A DNA stretch of 64,000 bases, taken from NCBI GenBank assembly GCA_964016885.1, contig OZ024742.1:36704001-36768000 (forward strand), in the 5' to 3' direction. The position numbers and the translations under genes were made by a program. The notes beneath the pieces are model-generated. The model saw nothing but the letters and a program-made list of their open reading frames with translations, was not told the origin of the DNA and searched no databases. Position 1 is the first letter of the stretch, and the number at the start of each line of letters is the position of its first letter. This DNA comes from Eledone cirrhosa. Its lineage: Eukaryota. Of this stretch, positions 59,601 through 64,000 are shown piece after piece.

Positions 59601-62600
59601 ACCACCACCACCACCACAAGCTCCACTACCACTGTCTCCACCACCACCACCACCACAAGCTGCACTACCACTGTCTCTACCACCACCACCATCACAAGCT
59701 CCACAACCACTGTCTCCACCACCACCACCACAAGCACCACTACCACTGTCTCCACCACCACCACCACCACAAGCACCACTACCACTGTCTCCACCACCAC
59801 CACCACAAGCACCACTACCACTGTCTCCACCACCACCACCACCACAAGCTCCACTACCACTGTCTCCACCACCACCACCACAAGCACCACTACCACTGTC
59901 TCCACCACCACCACCACCACAAGCACCACTACCACTGTCTCCACCACCACCACCACAAGCTCCACTACCACTGTCTCCACCACCACCACAAGCTCCACTA
60001 CCACTGTCTCCACCACCACCACCACAAGCACCACTACCACTGTCTCCACCACCACCACCACAAGCACCACTACCACTGTCTCCACCACCACCACCACAAG
60101 CACCACAACCACTGTCTCCACCACCACCACCACCACAAGCACCACTACCACTGTCTCCACCACCACCACCACAAGCACCACTACCACTGTCTCCACCACC
60201 ACCACCACAAGCTCCACTACCACTGTCTCCACCACCACCACCACAAGCACCACTACCACTGTCTCCACCACCACCACCACCACAAGCTCCACTACCACTG
60301 TCTCCACCACCACCACCACCACCACAAACTCCACTACCACTGTCTCTACCACCACCACCATCACAAGCTCCACAACCACTGTCTCCACCACCACCACCAC
60401 CACAAGCTCCACTACCACTGTCTCCATCACCACCACCACCACAAGCACCACTACCACTGTCTCCACCACCACCACCACAAGCACCACTACCACTGTCTCC
60501 ACCACCACCACAAGCACCACTACCACTGTCTCCACCACCACCACCACCACAAGCACCACTACCACTGTCTCCACCACCACCACCACAAGCACCACTACCA
60601 CTGTCTCCACCACCACCACCACAAGCTCCACTACCACTGTCTCCACCACCACCACCACAAGCACCACTACCACTGTCTCCACCACCACCACAAGCACCAC
60701 TACCACTGTCTCCACCACCACCACAAGCTCCACTACCACTGTCTCCACCACCACCACCACAAGCACCACTACCACTGTCTCCACCACCACCAGCACAAGC
60801 TCCACTACCACTGTCTCCACCACCACCACCACAAGCACCACTACCACTGTCTCCACCACCACCACCACCACAAGCTCCACTACCACTGTCTCCACCACCA
60901 CCACCACCACAAGCACCACTACCACTGTCTCCACCACCACCACCACAAGCACCACTACCACTGTCTCCACCACCACCACCACAAGCTCCACTACCACTGT
61001 TTTTACCACCACCACCACAAGCTCCACTACCACTGTCTCCACCACCACCACCACCACAAGCTCCACTACCACTGTCTCCACCACCACCACCACCACAAGC
61101 ACCACTACCACTGTCTCCACCACCACCACCACAAGCACCACTACCACTGTCTCCACCACCACCACCACAAGCACCACTACCACTGTCTCCACCACCACCA
61201 CCACCACAAGCTCCACTACCACTGTCTCCACCACCACCACCACCACAAGCACCACAACCACTGTCTCCACCACCACCACCACAAGCACCACTACCACTGT
61301 CTCCACCACCACCACCACCACAAGCACCACTACCACTGTCTCCACCACCACCACCATAAGCACCACTACCACTTTCTCCACCACCACCACCACAAGCTCC
61401 ACTACCACTGTCTCCACCACCACCACCACTGTCTCCACCACCACCACCATAAGCACCACTACCACTTTCTCCACCACCACCACCACAAGCTCCACAACCA
61501 CTGTCTCCACCACCACCACCACAAGCACCACTACCACTTTCTCCACCACCACCACCACAAGCTCCACTACCACTGTCTCCACCACCACCACCACAAGCAC
61601 CACTACCACTGTCTCCACCACCACCACCACAAGCTCCACTACCACTGTCTCCACCACCACCACCACAAGCTCCACTACCACTGTCTCCACCACCACAAGC
61701 ACCACTACCACTGTCTCCACCACCACCACAAGCTCCACTACCACTGTCTCCACCACCACCACCACCACAAGCACCACTACCACTGTCTCCACCACCACCA
61801 CAAGCTCCACTACCACTGTCTCCACCACCACCACCACCACAAGCTCCACTACCACTGTCTCCACCACCACCACCACAAGCACCACTACCACTGTCTCCAC
61901 CACCACAAGCACCACTACCACTGTCTCCACCACCACCACAAGCTCCACTACCACTGTCTCCACCACCACCACCACAAGCTCCACAACCACTGTCTCCACC
62001 ACCACCACCACAAGCACCACTACCACTGTCTCCACCACCACCACCACAAGCACCACTACCACTGTCTCCACCACCACCACAAGCTCCACTACCACTGTCT
62101 CCACCACCACCACCACCACAAGCTCCACTACCACTGTCTCCACCACCACCACCACAAGCACCACTACCACTGTCTCCACCACCACAAGCACCACTACCAC
62201 TGTCTCCACCACCACCACAAGCTCCACTACCACTGTCTCCACCACCACCACCACAAGCTCCACAACCACTGTCTCCACCACCACCACCACAAGCTCCACT
62301 ACCACTGTCTCCACCACCACCACCACCACAAGCACCACTACCACTGTCTCCACCACCACCACCACAAGCTCCACAACCACTGTCTCCACCACCACCACCA
62401 CAAGCACCACTACCACTGTCTCCACCACCACCACCACAAGCACCACTACCACTGTCTCCACCACCACCACAAGCTCCACAACCACTATCTCCACCACCAC
62501 CACCACAAGCACCACTACCACTGTCTCCACCACCACCACCATAAGCACCACTACCACTGTCTCCACCACCACCACCACAAGCTCCACTACCACTGTCTCC

Positions 62601-64000
62601 ACCACCACCACAAGCACCACAACCACTGTCTCCACCACCACCACAAGCACCACTACCACTGTCTCCACCACCACCACCACCACAAGCACCACAACCACTG
62701 TCTCCACCACCACCACCACCACAAGCACCACTACCACTGTCTCCACCACCACCACCACAAGCACCACTACCACTGTCTCCACCACCACCACCACAAGCAC
62801 CACTACCACTGTCTCCACCACCACCACCACAAGCACCACTACCACTGTCTCCACCACCACCACCACCACAAGCACCACTACCACTGTCTCCACCACCACC
62901 ACCACAAGCTCCACTACCACTGTCTCCACCACCACCACCACAAGCACCACTACCACTGTCTCCACCACCACCACAAGCACCACTACCACTGTCTCCACCA
63001 CCACCACCACAAGCTCCACTACCACTGTCTCCACCACCACCACCACATGCACCACTACCACTGTCTCCACCACCACCACCACAAGCTCCACTACCACTGT
63101 CTCCACCACCACCACCACAAGCACCACTACCACTGTCTCCACCACCACCACCACAAGCTCCACTACCACTGTCTCCACCACCACCACCACAAGCACCACT
63201 ACCACTGTCTCCACCACCACCACCATCACAAGCTCCACTACCACTGTCCCACCACCACCACCACAAGCACCACTACCACCGTCTCCACCACCACCACCAC
63301 AAGCACCACTACCACTGTCTCCACCACCACCACAAGCACCACTACCACTGTCTCCACCACCACCACCACAAGCACCACTACCACTGTCTCCACCACCACC
63401 ACCACAAGCACCACTACCACTGTCTCCTCCACCACCACCACAAGCACAACTACCACTGTCACCACCAACACCACCACAAGCTCCACTACCACTGTCTCCA
63501 CCACCACCACCACCACAAGCTCCACTACCACTGTCTCCACCACCACCACTACAAGCTCCACTACCACTGTCTCCACCACCACCACCACCACAAGCACCAC
63601 TACCACTGTCTCCACCACCACCACCACAAGCACCACTACCACTGTCTCCTCCACCACCACCACAAGCTCCACTACCACTGTCTCCACCACCACCACCACA
63701 AGCACCACTACCAATGTCTCCACCACCACCACCACAAGCTCCACTACCACTGTCTCCACCACCACCACCACAAGCACCACTACCACTGTCTCCACCACCA
63801 CCACCACCACAAGCTCCACTACCACTGTCTCCACCACCACCACCACCACAAGCTGCACTACCACTGTCTCTACCACCACCACCATCACAAGCTCCACAAC
63901 CACTGTCTCCACCACCACCACCACAAGCACCACTACCACTGTCTCCACCACCACCACCACCACAAGCACCACTACCACTGTCTCCACCACCACCACCACA
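38660..64000. repeat. Minisatellite array of at least 25 kb, unit ~ acaagc(a/t)ccactaccactgtct(cca)n, mostly 27-39 bp, running off the window end
   Basis: Read directly; unit length varies in steps of 3; kb-scale higher-order duplications. Confidence 0.97.

Overview
Eukaryotic, repeat-dominated window with no recognisable host protein-coding gene. The microsatellite load and SINE style suggest an octopus-like coleoid cephalopod (inference only). Bases 1-38.6 kb are a mosaic of (TA)n, (CA)n, (GA)n and (TACA)n microsatellites interleaved with decayed retroelements: three Tx1/L1-like 3' fragments, three Penelope-like elements (RT and/or GIY-YIG), a near full-length R4/Dong-like restriction-endonuclease LINE in (TACA)n, RTE fragments with a non-autonomous RTE-derived element, tRNA-headed SINEs and two minisatellites. 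Bases 38.66-64 kb are one CAC-based minisatellite array of at least 25 kb with kb-scale higher-order duplications; its giant ORFs are repeat artefacts. The main hidden signal is more than 20 minimal type-I hammerhead ribozyme motifs of roughly 10 sequence families, mostly in short palindromic inserts within (TA)n tracts. They include palindromic-stem-III (dimer-type) forms and a U3-A8 compensatory core variant. All ribozyme calls were folded by eye and element boundaries are approximate.
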